A DNA stretch of 60,000 nucleotides from Lytechinus pictus. Lineage: Eukaryota. Positions within the stretch are counted from its first letter, which is position 1, and the number at the start of each line of letters is the position of its first letter. Below, piece by piece: positions 13,575 through 24,776 of this stretch. The DNA lies in NCBI RefSeq assembly GCF_037042905.1, contig NC_087249.1, positions 7,814,001-7,874,000 on the forward strand, read 5' to 3'. The translations under genes and the position numbers were made by a program. Below the pieces are notes generated by a model, which was not told where the DNA came from, searched no databases, and worked only from the letters and a program-made list of their open reading frames with translations.

Positions 13575-14278
13575 AATCTACCAGTAGTACCATCGAACAT
13601 TCAAAACATGAAAGAAGATGATAAACATCACTTTTTTTGCTGCATAAATGTTCATAACATATGTAAATTAAATAAATTTTGTAAATTGTAATAAACCAAA
13701 TGATATTCGAAATTGGAACACAGGGCTGGAAACACCTGCTTGACTTTGGGAGAATTTATTGTCCTTCTTCTCATGGTAAAGCTTTGCAACCATCAGTTAT
13801 TTACATGCCAATTTGGTTAGTAAGTGACAAATGGCTCCATTAAATAAATCACCTTGGATCATAGCATCATTCAATGAGAGTAAGTGCCTCAATCTATCTC
13901 GTAATTGCTGCTGTAATAAACGACAATGTCCTCACTCGTATGCAAAAGTTTTTTATCATCATGCGTTTTCATGAAATATCTACGTGTGTAAGATACGTTT
14001 CATCAAATTTCACTGATAATTTTTTCGAGACAGTGTTTTGCAAAAATTCATAGCAACTAGATGAATACATGAAAAATATACACAATGTTAAAATAAATAA
14101 CCATGATAGCAAGGACACTATGACAATGATAACCAAAGCAATCGTAATTATGTTAAAATCCAAACAAATTTAACCCCAAAAACCCTGAAATTCTCAATGC
14201 TTTAAGCACCTTTGAATAATGGTAATACAACTATAGGGCATACATTTTATTAGATAATCATATCATTAGTGAACCTAT

Positions 14279-14938
14279 TAAAGATAAATGCCAGTTGTGG
14301 TAATGATCTCAAAATGAGTTCGAACAGAATCCAATGAAATGACCGCCCAAGTATTTGCATGTATCAATTAAAAAAAAACATGTGGCAAATGGGTCTGGAA
14401 GAAAATGGGTAATTGTTGGGATATGAACAAAATAAGCACAAAATTTCATCAAATGTCAGGTATTTTTCCAAGCAGTATTAATACACTATTCCACATGTGC
14501 TTTTCTGTGTAAGTGATCATCAGAATTATCAGTTTTAAGCTAAGATTTCATGATTTCACAAAGATAAGTTTATTTCAATGTACCAGAACTAGATCTGTGA
14601 GAACTAGCATTTAACCTTGATTTTAGAATCTTTCTCATGAAATATTTATTTGCTGCAACTATATTCACTGTCAAATATATTGGGTAAACTTTTTACCACT
14701 ATGAGGGTAATTACGTGTCCAACCAATCTGGGGCAGTATTTTACCCAATGCAGGAAGCATATTGTCCAGTAAGGTTAAAAAATAGGCAGCAATTGAATTA
14801 CTTTAGAATGGGCAAAATTTTCATCACACTGGATATATAAAAATGCCCAAAAGAAATGCTGTGTTGGTTGGACACGTAATTACCCTCATGGAGCACTTTT
14901 ACCCAATATTTTTTAGAGTGTACTTTCTTTCAGCTTTA
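14279..14938. mobile_element. Old Kolobok-like (TTAA) MITE interrupted by another MITE
   Basis: Starts TTAA-AGATAAATGCCAGTTGTGG. Its degenerate right end (ttgctgcaact...ctttaa) is split by the 14666-14920 insertion. Confidence 0.45.
14666..14920. mobile_element. CAC...GTG-ended MITE (EnSpm/CACTA-like)
   Basis: Long imperfect TIRs cactgtcaaatatattgggtaaa...atgagggtaattacgtgtccaaccaa / ttggttggacacgtaattaccctcat...tttacccaatattttttagagtg. Confidence 0.7.
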
Positions 14939-14956
14939 ATTTATAAATACCACTAT

Positions 14957-15458
14957 TATGCTTTTCACACTGCACTTTTAGTCCTAAATTGGTGGGGCTA
15001 AGGGGGGGGGGGTCTTAGCCCCACCAATTTCCCGGGGTTAAGCTTAGCCCACTTCGTTTTCACACTACGTTTTAGCAAAGTGGGCTAGCACGGTAAATAG
15101 TATGGTACTATCTGGCCCTGCAAAAAAGCAGGGTTAGCCGGCATATTGCGGTGCTAGCACCACAATTGCGGTGCTAAGAGATGCAGTGTGAATCGAAACC
15201 GGGCTAAGGAAAAGTGGGGCTAAGCATTAGCCAATCACAGAAATCGAAATTGCACGTTAATCGCGCTCTGTATGGTAAAATCATCCATATTAAATAATGA
15301 GCTGTGTGATTGCCCGGGGTTAAGGCGTTAACCCCGGCTAAGCAAATAGTATGGGGTTAAGAAAGACAGTGTGAATCGAAAAAAAGATTGTATGGGGTTA
15401 AGGATAGTCCGGGTTTAAGGATAGTATGGGGTTAAGGAAATGCAGTGTGAAAAGCATA
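14957..15458. mobile_element. MITE related to 13018-13574, opposite orientation
   Basis: 18-bp perfect inverted ends TATGCTTTTCACACTGCA / TGCAGTGTGAAAAGCATA. Internal motifs (taagcttagcccac, tagtatggggttaag, gccctgcaaaaaagcagggtta) are shared with the 13-kb element, several in reverse complement. Confidence 0.85.
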
Positions 15459-17661
15459 TATATGTACTATATTTTTATCCCACATAATGCATAAGAAAAT
15501 TGTTTTACACAGTTTCACTGATCACTGCTACTAGTACTCTTGACTAAAAAAGAGAGGCTTGAATTTCCACCTCTATTGTGGTATATGCCAGTGGTGAGAG
15601 TAATATTTTTTCTACTGAGGTTGAACTGCTTAGAACTGACAGGCATGGCTAATACCTCAGGCACATTTGCTCTACGATGGCCGTACGGTGAGTCCAAAAC
15701 AACCGTTTTATTCATTTTTGTTCAAACCACTTATATGGAGCTGGTAAAAATGGCTGTTCTTGACGCCATAGAACAAATAAATGTGACTGGGCCCTGGAGT
15801 ATAAGAAACATGTGGGATTTCACGCCTTTATCATTATACCATTGACTTGGAAACCAACATCCTCTTCATGCTTGTAAATTACAGGCATAGCACTGCCAAA
15901 ATTCCTCACACTTTAGTGCATAAATTTGGAAAATATTTGAACAAGGAAAAGACAAGTATTCCATGCTGAGCATTGAACAACCCCGGGTGAGCAACTTGCA
16001 TGAAAGATGCACTCCCAGTTTGCTATTAAATATGCATCATGCAGAATCAGAAAAAAGGGGTTCGTTCTGACCAAACTTTGAAGGGGTACTCCAGGCTGAA
16101 TTAATCATAATAACTAGAGTACCGGTACAGTAAATGCTGAAAATTTCTCCAAAATCTGTTTAATATAAATGTTCTGCATACTACCACAGTAAAGTTCACT
16201 TCCTTGTATTCCCTCATACACTGGCACTGGATGTGGGAGCACTGATAGCCTATTTTGTGAATGTATCAATTATTCAAGTAGCCAGATCTGGATTGCGAGG
16301 AAAGTGTTGAGATTCAGGCCCATTTACATTGCAGAGAAGTAATCGTCGGAACACAAACAACTTGCTTTTACTCCTGTTCACGCATATGAACGAGGAAAAA
16401 AAAGATAAACTGTAGAACGTGGAGTGTAGTAAATGTGAATGACAATTAGAAGGTAAATGCAGAGAGAAGCAACTTAAAAAAAAGCTTCAATCAGTTGTTT
16501 GGAAATCTATAAAAAGATTTTAAAAGTCTCAGTATTTTTGATAGAGATAAACTGATATAAAGTTGCTTCAAAGTGAAAAGGTTCAACTAGTTCAGCTCTC
16601 CACATGTTTTGCACATAAAACTTCATATTCCCCCCCCCCATGCCATTTGTCACATCCTAAGCTCAATACAAGATATATCATAGAAAATTATATTTGACAA
16701 TATATCTTGAGTTCATAGTAAATACAAATATCCTTAGATTGATATCAACCAATTTTATCCATCTGCCAAATATTTTCACAAACCTTTTTTTTAGAGTGGA
16801 CCTCCCTTAAAACCCCACTTTTTTGTTTGCTTTTTGTTTTGCTTTGGTGCTTTAGAGACTTTGTGCACATTAATTTTTCATTACGTGGGAGGGTAGGGGC
16901 ATCAAAATGAAACAAGTACATACATGTACTTAGCAAATATTGGAAAAGTAGAAAAGGAGAACCACAACAAAAAAATCTGGAATAATTATTCATTGGTGTT
17001 TTGATGGGAAAATGCAGAGGAATATCATTAAGTGTTCTTTTTTTGAAATATATAAACAGCAAAAGAAAAAAAATGCTCCAGTATTGAACATGCTGTCATG
17101 TGTGTATTTTCAAACATGCTGTACTCCTGAATGTGAAATTTCTTGTTAAGGATCTTTGATTTGTGAATCATAAGGGAAAACATACAAATGAAGGGATTAG
17201 CTGGTGTCCCCCCCCCCCCCCCCCCCCCCCCCCCCGTTGTCAAAATATCATCAATAGTCCAAAATATTCTTCCATCACTCTGGCGACAATTGCTCCAATG
17301 GAAAATCTGCAGGTTAAGCCAAACGTAAAACCCAGCTTCAAAACCGGAATAATAAACCCTGATCATTATCTTTAGATTATTCTGAACCAAAAACTCTACT
17401 ACAATACTACTCTAACCCTATGCTCTTTGAGATATTGAGACCGTCCGGAGCAAATGTCACAGGAGTAAATGCCAACCCTTGCCCCCAATGATCGACCGAT
17501 TACATACAAAAGCTAGCATGGTACCTTGCATTATAGATGTGATATGAAAAAATAAACAGTTTGTCTCTCTGGAATGATACATTCAGGTCTCCTTAAAGAT
17601 AAAGTCATTTCCAAACTGGCCTCACAAAGTGACCTTTGCATATAGGGTCAATTCAATGGAG

Positions 17662-17892
17662 TTAATGTTTTCTATCCTTTGTGCAAGGATGCTCTAGTCT
17701 AGATCTAGCTTCCATTTTTTAACTGGGGATTGTTTTTCAAAGAGCCTACATGCAGATGGGAAAATTTGTCTAGATATACTAAGTTCCCCCCCCCCCTTAA
17801 CCCTAAAAAGGACTGGGCTTTTATGAATTTCATCTCTCATAGACTTTGTACACAAAAAAAAGGACTGGGCTATTTGAGATGATATGCAAATT
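17662..17892 (+). repeat. ~230-bp direct repeat, copy 1 (copy 2 at 31112-31345)
   Basis: ttaatgttttctatcc...gatgatatgcaaatt is identical to the second copy except for homopolymer lengths. Confidence 0.95.
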
Positions 17893-19859
17893 AATGCAGT
17901 TAGGCCCGAATTCACAAAGGTGGACTAAAGTTATACCCGGGGTATAAAACGCGTCATTTGACGTCATTTTAATCCATGGACTAAAGTTAGCACCTAGGGG
18001 CTAACTTTTGCGATTCACAAAGGTGGACTAAAGTTATACCGGGGTATAAAACGCGTCATTTGACGTCACGATTTAGTCAGCTCTTTGGGGTGGACTAAAT
18101 CGGTGGATTAAAGTTAGTCCACCGTTTTAACCAATCAGAGAGCAGCGTTGCGATTGCGGAAAAGTTTGCCGTAAGAAAAAAGTTTTTTGGACGGAGACGA
18201 GATTTGGTGTGATCGGCTTATCTAAAGCTTAAAATTTCACGACTTCAACCGAGATTGTAAGTAAATCACATAATTTTTTGGAGCTTAAATCATGACGGAG
18301 CCTTCAGTTCCATCAGTAAATATCATTGATAGCTTTAACTTTCCAAAAAGTATACTCGAAAACTTGAAATGGTATCTGAATCATTGTCATCGTCGCGTCT
18401 CTAAGGTGCTCAGTCCCAGCCATGTACTTTTGTGTGCGTTCATATCTATGAGCAGTGCAGTGCAGTGCGAGACGCAATTAGCGTACACTACACAGGCAAG
18501 GTAGGCGTGATTGAAAGGCCGATACTAGTTATGCCAGGCAGTGATTTTGAGTGATTCTCGATTTCGTGTGATTTTCATGAAATTTTTGTTGTCTACGATA
18601 CCCCTGCCACTTCTCCTGGCTCTGCCAACACAATCTACTGTGCATCTAATTTTGCCTAAAGCAAGGCCAAGGCAAGGCCAGGACTCCTGGCAGGATAGCA
18701 GCAATACAAATTACAATTACAAATAATTTTTTTTTTAAACACTAACGTTACAAATACAGAGCCGGTATAGACATTCTACTCTGGGCTGGCTTTGCCTTGG
18801 CTTGGATAGATGGTCAAGCTATGAAGCTTACCTGGTAGCCATGTTAGAGTTAGTCCTACAACATCGTTGGAGTAAAAAAAAATATTATAATAAGGGTCAC
18901 CTCTCTAGTAAGACTAAGGCTCGTTCGTAGGATGAGTGGGCTAAGCCCTGATTAAATTATTTTTGGAAATTAAAAAAAAAAAAGATTGGGTTCCACTCAC
19001 CGCTGTTTACTCCAACAGCTATAAATGAGCTGATTTTACTTTTACTAAAACTAAGTTTTACTGACCTTCGGCATCGCATTTGCGATCACTTATAGATTTA
19101 CGGTGTCGTCAAAACATTACAAAATAATGGAAATCCTAGGCCTTATTAATAATTTGAGTAGATCTAACTGAGGTCTAACTTTGAAAATTCTCTCTTTTGG
19201 GGGTTATTTTCTCTACCCCACCCTCTTTGTTTCAAGTATTTTTTTTTTCACAAGGTGTCCTTTCAATGTTAAATTCACATGAGACCACAGACAAGTGCAT
19301 TTGATCTTTAGTCCTCTACATTTGTAGTAGACCGATAAATAGGTTTATTTCTGTCAGAGATATGCTCCCCTGAGACTTCATGTGGCTCCGCAGCATCCCC
19401 TCCCACAAAAAAAAATCAGAAAATGTTACAAGACTCCTCTGAAACAGCGGATTTTATCAATCTACATTTGTAGCTGCTTTATTATTTTTTTTTTATACTT
19501 TGACATTGCAGTATGATTGATGAATTAAATATTTTTTTCATTATTTTTTTTTCTTCCATATCAGCAACAGACCATACATACTCGGCAGATTGTGATCAAT
19601 CAAGACAAGGCAAACATGGCTCACAATTTTGAACTGCTGTGCCGTCTTGCAAGAGAGTGAGGTATGCCTTATCAATTCATATTTAAAAAAAATTAAATGT
19701 CATTAAAATGGCCTTTTTGAATAAAATATTATTTCCGGGATTTGAATTCATCATGTAATTGTAAATGTATCATGTGACATGTATGTTACTTTTTCATTCT
19801 TGTCATAGTAATTGACAAAAAAGAAGAGGGGGGGGGGACCTTGCTTGTGTGTTATTAAC

Positions 19860-22800
19860 ATATGGTCCTTTTCACGGTCAAGGGTGTAACTTTCAAAATT
19901 CAAGATCAAAATTTCAAAATGGACTTTCTTAAACATTTCTAATAAAAACAGGTCAATAAATGTCTAAATTCTTCATTTCTGTCTGTTCTGGAGCTTAATC
20001 TACTTGAGAAACCTCAAAAAAATTATGTGCAACTGTGAAAAATGAGAAAAATTGAATAAAATCAGCCTTTTGATTTCATTACCAAAATTACAAATTTTTT
20101 CGTGGAAAACATTTTCATTTGCACTTTTTCATTCACAAATTAAATGTTCTTTGAGGTTTTTAAAAGTTTTGGAGTCAAAGTTTATTAGTTTTCTAAAAAT
20201 TTCTATGAGTTTTTGAAATTTATCACAAATTTGGATTTTGACAACAAAGTGTTTAAAATTACATGTCTTCCAAGAGAAAGAGGAAAGCAAAAATTATTGT
20301 ACATTTACTTCTCCATGAAGGTTAATTACTAACACAAATCCCATGGAAATCAGATACCAAATAAGAAAGTTGGAAATTTCTCCCAAGTGTGTTTCGGAGG
20401 CTTCAGTTAACAAAAATATGTGTTTCGGAGACTTCAGTCATGTTAGCACTATGAAAGTCCCTTATTTAAGTTGATTACTTTTACAAATCTATCTTTTTCA
20501 AATGGCATATCAGTATAAGACTGAATGTAAACAAAATCAAACAAACTAATGTCTCGTGAATGGGAAAATGTAATTCACGAATGTTAACTACTGCACAAAG
20601 ACATCATATTTCAATGCCTTGGTGCCAAGATAGGTAATTGTTCAGCTTTAAAGGGAATATAGTAATAGAAGTACATCTTATACAGAAAAGAATATTCATG
20701 ATGCATAAACAAAGTGATGAAATACTGAAACTTGTGTTTCAGTGGCTTTGCTAGGGTTCCCAGAGTGTTTCGGAGACTTCAATCATGTTAACATATTGCG
20801 TTTTCCATCATATAGCTAACAGCTTATTTCAATTTTAACACTTGTTTATTATTATGTTAAATCCAATTGTAAAAAAAATCCAGAATTATATGTTAAGTTC
20901 AATGCAGAAAGTTGGTTGACAATTATTTTTTGTATGCCTTTAGGTAACAACAGTGTATGTTTCGGAGACTTCAATGATGTTAATAGTCCAACAGTTTCTG
21001 TAACATATACATGCATATTAAAGTAATATCCAATATTTTTACAATGAACATGTCCAGGAAATATTTTCTATATTTAAATTCTGCTTGTTAGGTAGATGTG
21101 CATGACCCAAAATACCAAAGTACCAAAGTAAAGTAAGTGCATCAAAGTCACACATTAAAAGGCAGTTTGGATTTGAATTGAATTGACACTAGAAATGTAT
21201 GATTTTTTTAAAACAAATGCACACCTAGTTAATACCAATAGCATTTCCATTTATTTGAATGCAGGATAAAAGAGCATTGTCAATTAAATGCCTTGCTAAC
21301 GGGCATAGGTGCCACGGCCGAGGATCAAACTCCAGACTTTCCAAGTACATGGATAGCAAGGCACCTTAGACCACTTGGCCGCGGCACCTCGACCATATTG
21401 TTGATATGACAATATAAAATTGAATATTTATTCCTTACTGTTTTATCAAATGGAAGTGTTAAGGAACATAGCCATGAGCAAACATGTACATGTATGTGTG
21501 ATTAGTGAAATTTTCTATGCTCGGGACTTGAATTTATTAATACTGCACTTTCAAATTAGTGCTTAATAGCACTTTACTTTGCATCATTCAACAACAAGCT
21601 TTTAAAAAAAGTACATACAATACATGTAAGTTATGATTATAATTCAAAACAATTGTTGGTATTGGAATCACTTGTAGTGAATGGAGTTAGGGTAATTTTA
21701 TTTATGGCACAAGTACTGTCTGCATACCAACCTAGAGCTTAAGCTCACAAAATTAATCAAATTATACTTGAAAGGTTTTATATCATGCTTTGCTTTCATC
21801 TTGATCTTTTTTCATGTTACCATATCTTTGGCACTTGGTTTTCTTCCCACTTTTTTTTCTTAAAAAAGACAATCAAGACATACATTGTAAGCTGTACATT
21901 AAGTATTTATAAACAAATCATTTCAAATCATATTCTAAAAACTGAAATGAAAATCCTTCAAGGCAAACTGATACAACTCTCACAGATAGTAATTTTATTT
22001 GAGAAAGTTAATGGGATTAACATTGCTTTGATAGGTAATTTGTGACCAGCCATCCCGAATCCAACTACAGTGTATATGTTGCCAAAATGAATTATGAAAT
22101 TTTTATTGAGTTTAAATTATTTCATCTCAAGCTTTTAAAAGGTATATAACATGTCAAAATTAATCCATTATAACCCACATACATGTAAGTCATTGATTGA
22201 ATGCAGAAGAAACTTTTTAAATAGGGAAAAACAATGTTCAAAGTTTAGGGTCCATTCAAGCTTAAGATGCAGCGATCTCAGAGAAAAGTCCAAACAGTCC
22301 ACAAACACTTCTGTCAAGACTATTTTATCTGATTTTCTACCTAAGTTTACTGCTTGAGATTTTGACTGTATATGAAGAAGAAAAATTCCTCTTTCCAATT
22401 AGTTTTTTTTTCTATTTTTTTACAAAAACATAATATTCTGGCTATTTACAGAGAACCTTCCCTAGTGACTTATTGTAGGTTTGGGGTGGCTGGTCACAGT
22501 CTAACCAACCTGTATTTCAGAAGAAATCAATGTACAAAATGGATGATCACAATTCACAATCACTGATTGCGAACATGATAAGGCTGTGTCACTCTGCATT
22601 GCTCATACATTACTCAAAAAGTGTAATGCCAATTGTTATGTACTTATTACCAAGAGCTCATTGAAATAAATTGTAGTGACAGACTTTTATATTTTGAAAA
22701 TACTTGAATTCACAATTCCATCAAAGCAAATTGTGCAGAAAATATTGATAAAATAATGATAATGAAAAAAGCAAATGTACTATTATGGACTAAGTGCTTG

Positions 22801-24776
22801 GAGAATGAGAACCCTGTATTTGGTATTCATGCCTATCTTGAAGTGCTATTAGATGTTGCTTAAAATATTTACATAAACTTCTCCATACCAATACATGTTC
22901 ATCATGATCTAGTCATTTGTGGTAATAACACTATTACTTCCTCAGAATCTATAAAAGGATGGTCTGTCCACCAATTTATGGTTTTTGGATGACAAACTTA
23001 AAACCTTAACTTATAATGGTATGACAAAGAGAATGAAGCCTCTGAAACATAGAACTTACATGTACATGTATTTACATGTACATATATACATACATGTCTC
23101 AGATACCTTGAAAATTTGAGAAAATGCAAAGATTTATTTAAATCTTTGTATATTAAAATGTTCCTAAATATTGTATTTGTGCGTATGTGTGTAAGTATGC
23201 ATGTATCTACACACTGAGTAACCTGAATTTGATTGAGGATAACACACGTTTACAAATGTAAAATTCAATCACAAATACAAGTTCTTTTGTATATCATTAA
23301 AAATTTGAAAATCTGATGAAGAAATACTCATTCCTGTAATTTTGTAGATCAAAACCAAACATGCTGTTGAAAAAATGCCTAATTTTTCTTATCCAGGACA
23401 TTGGAATAACACAAAATATGGTGTTAACTCTTGTTTGAAGCCTCCGAAACAAGTGTTAACATAAGTTTAGGATGCCTGTCAATTTGGGAAAATGCAGAGC
23501 TTTATTTTGAGCCACTGTATATTACAATATTAATAAACATTACATGGTTTATATGTGTGACTTTTCTTTCTTTTAGTTGATATCTAATGTTTATATTCTG
23601 AGTTAGAAATAGGGAAATGCATGTTTTATGAGTGGAAAATCCCATCTCAAATACTTAGCTCAGGTATAACTTAAGAAATATTATTAATTATAAAATCAAA
23701 TATGTTTCTGTTCTTAAGTAGATCAAAACCAACAACAAAAAAATAAAATGTGAACACTCTCTTATCTATGAATTTAGAATAACAAAAAAAAACATGTGTT
23801 AACTTATGTTCGAAGCCTCCTAAACAGAATTTTTATGTTATCAGCGAATTCTGAAAAAAATTGAATTGATATTCATAAAATTTCTACCTGAGGCCAGTCT
23901 ATACAACATAACATATGATTATAATACAAATTTAACCTACAAATTTTGGACTGAAGTAACAAAAAAATAAAAACAAGTGATTTGACTGTTTCGGAGGCTT
24001 CAAGTGTTTCGGAGGCTTCAATTGTTAACGGAAAGTTAGTATCATCTCTTATTTTCAAACAGCAAGGAATATCTCTGCTATTTATTGACAGGTGAACTAG
24101 GTGTCCATATACTACATTGTGATGTATTGATTGGACAAGTTCCTTCGTTCATATTTATATGGGCAGTCTGTAAAGTTTGTTTCGGAGGCTTCAAAACAGT
24201 TAACGGAAAATTAACCTTGATCAGTTAGGCTTTGAAAAAATTGTAAAAAGAAGTGTGATCCAAGATATTTTGTTTTTATTTGGAAGTTTATACTTCAAAT
24301 GTTGCATAAAGGTCCTAGGGAGCAGAATTTTATTTTTTGAAAACCAATGCTCGGAATACAAAGTTTGTTAGCTATTGTTAACGGAAAATGAAGCCTCCGA
24401 AACAACAAATTGGACCACCCCGTTCTCAGAAATAAAGAAGCAGTCACACTAAAAACCTATCTGGTATTTTTCATTGAACATCTAACTTCACATTCTGCAT
24501 AACAAAAGTAATCATCAACATTCCAGAAATAAGAAAGGGCATTCCAAAAAAAGTCTATGTATTTTATGTACACAAAAAAGGTGCAACTTAGGGTACTTAT
24601 GTGCCTGCCAAAATTAAACGAAGTAATGAGTGAAGATGTCTATGCTACCCGAGGTAGCACTCATTGAGGTTACTCATATGCCAAAGAATCTTTAAATTAT
24701 GTGGCTTTATGAGACTGCTACAGATAAAAACATTGAAATTTCAGAGTTACACCATATATTGTGAAAATGACCATAT
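19860..24776. mobile_element. Nested non-autonomous TIR element (4.9 kb), superfamily unassigned
   Basis: ~44-bp imperfect TIRs: ATATGGTCCTTTTCACGGTCAAGGGTGTAACTTTCAAAATTCAA versus right-end reverse complement ATATGGTCATTTTCACAATATATGGTGTAACTCTGAAATTTCAA. About 10 subterminal copies of GTTTCGGAG(G/A)CTTCA. Confidence 0.75.
21235..21391 (-). mobile_element. tRNA-derived SINE fragment
   Basis: The minus strand reads gaggtgccgcggccaagtggtctaaggtgcc (A box) ... gagtttgatcc (B-box-like) ... gcccgttagcaaggcatttaa (central domain shared with the 36.3-kb SINE). Confidence 0.7.

Noticed and set aside
20389..24405. CRISPR-like repeated motif
   Set aside because: Spacing is irregular, both orientations occur, the motif is only 15 bp, the context is eukaryotic and there are no cas genes. 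Transposon subterminal repeats explain it better.
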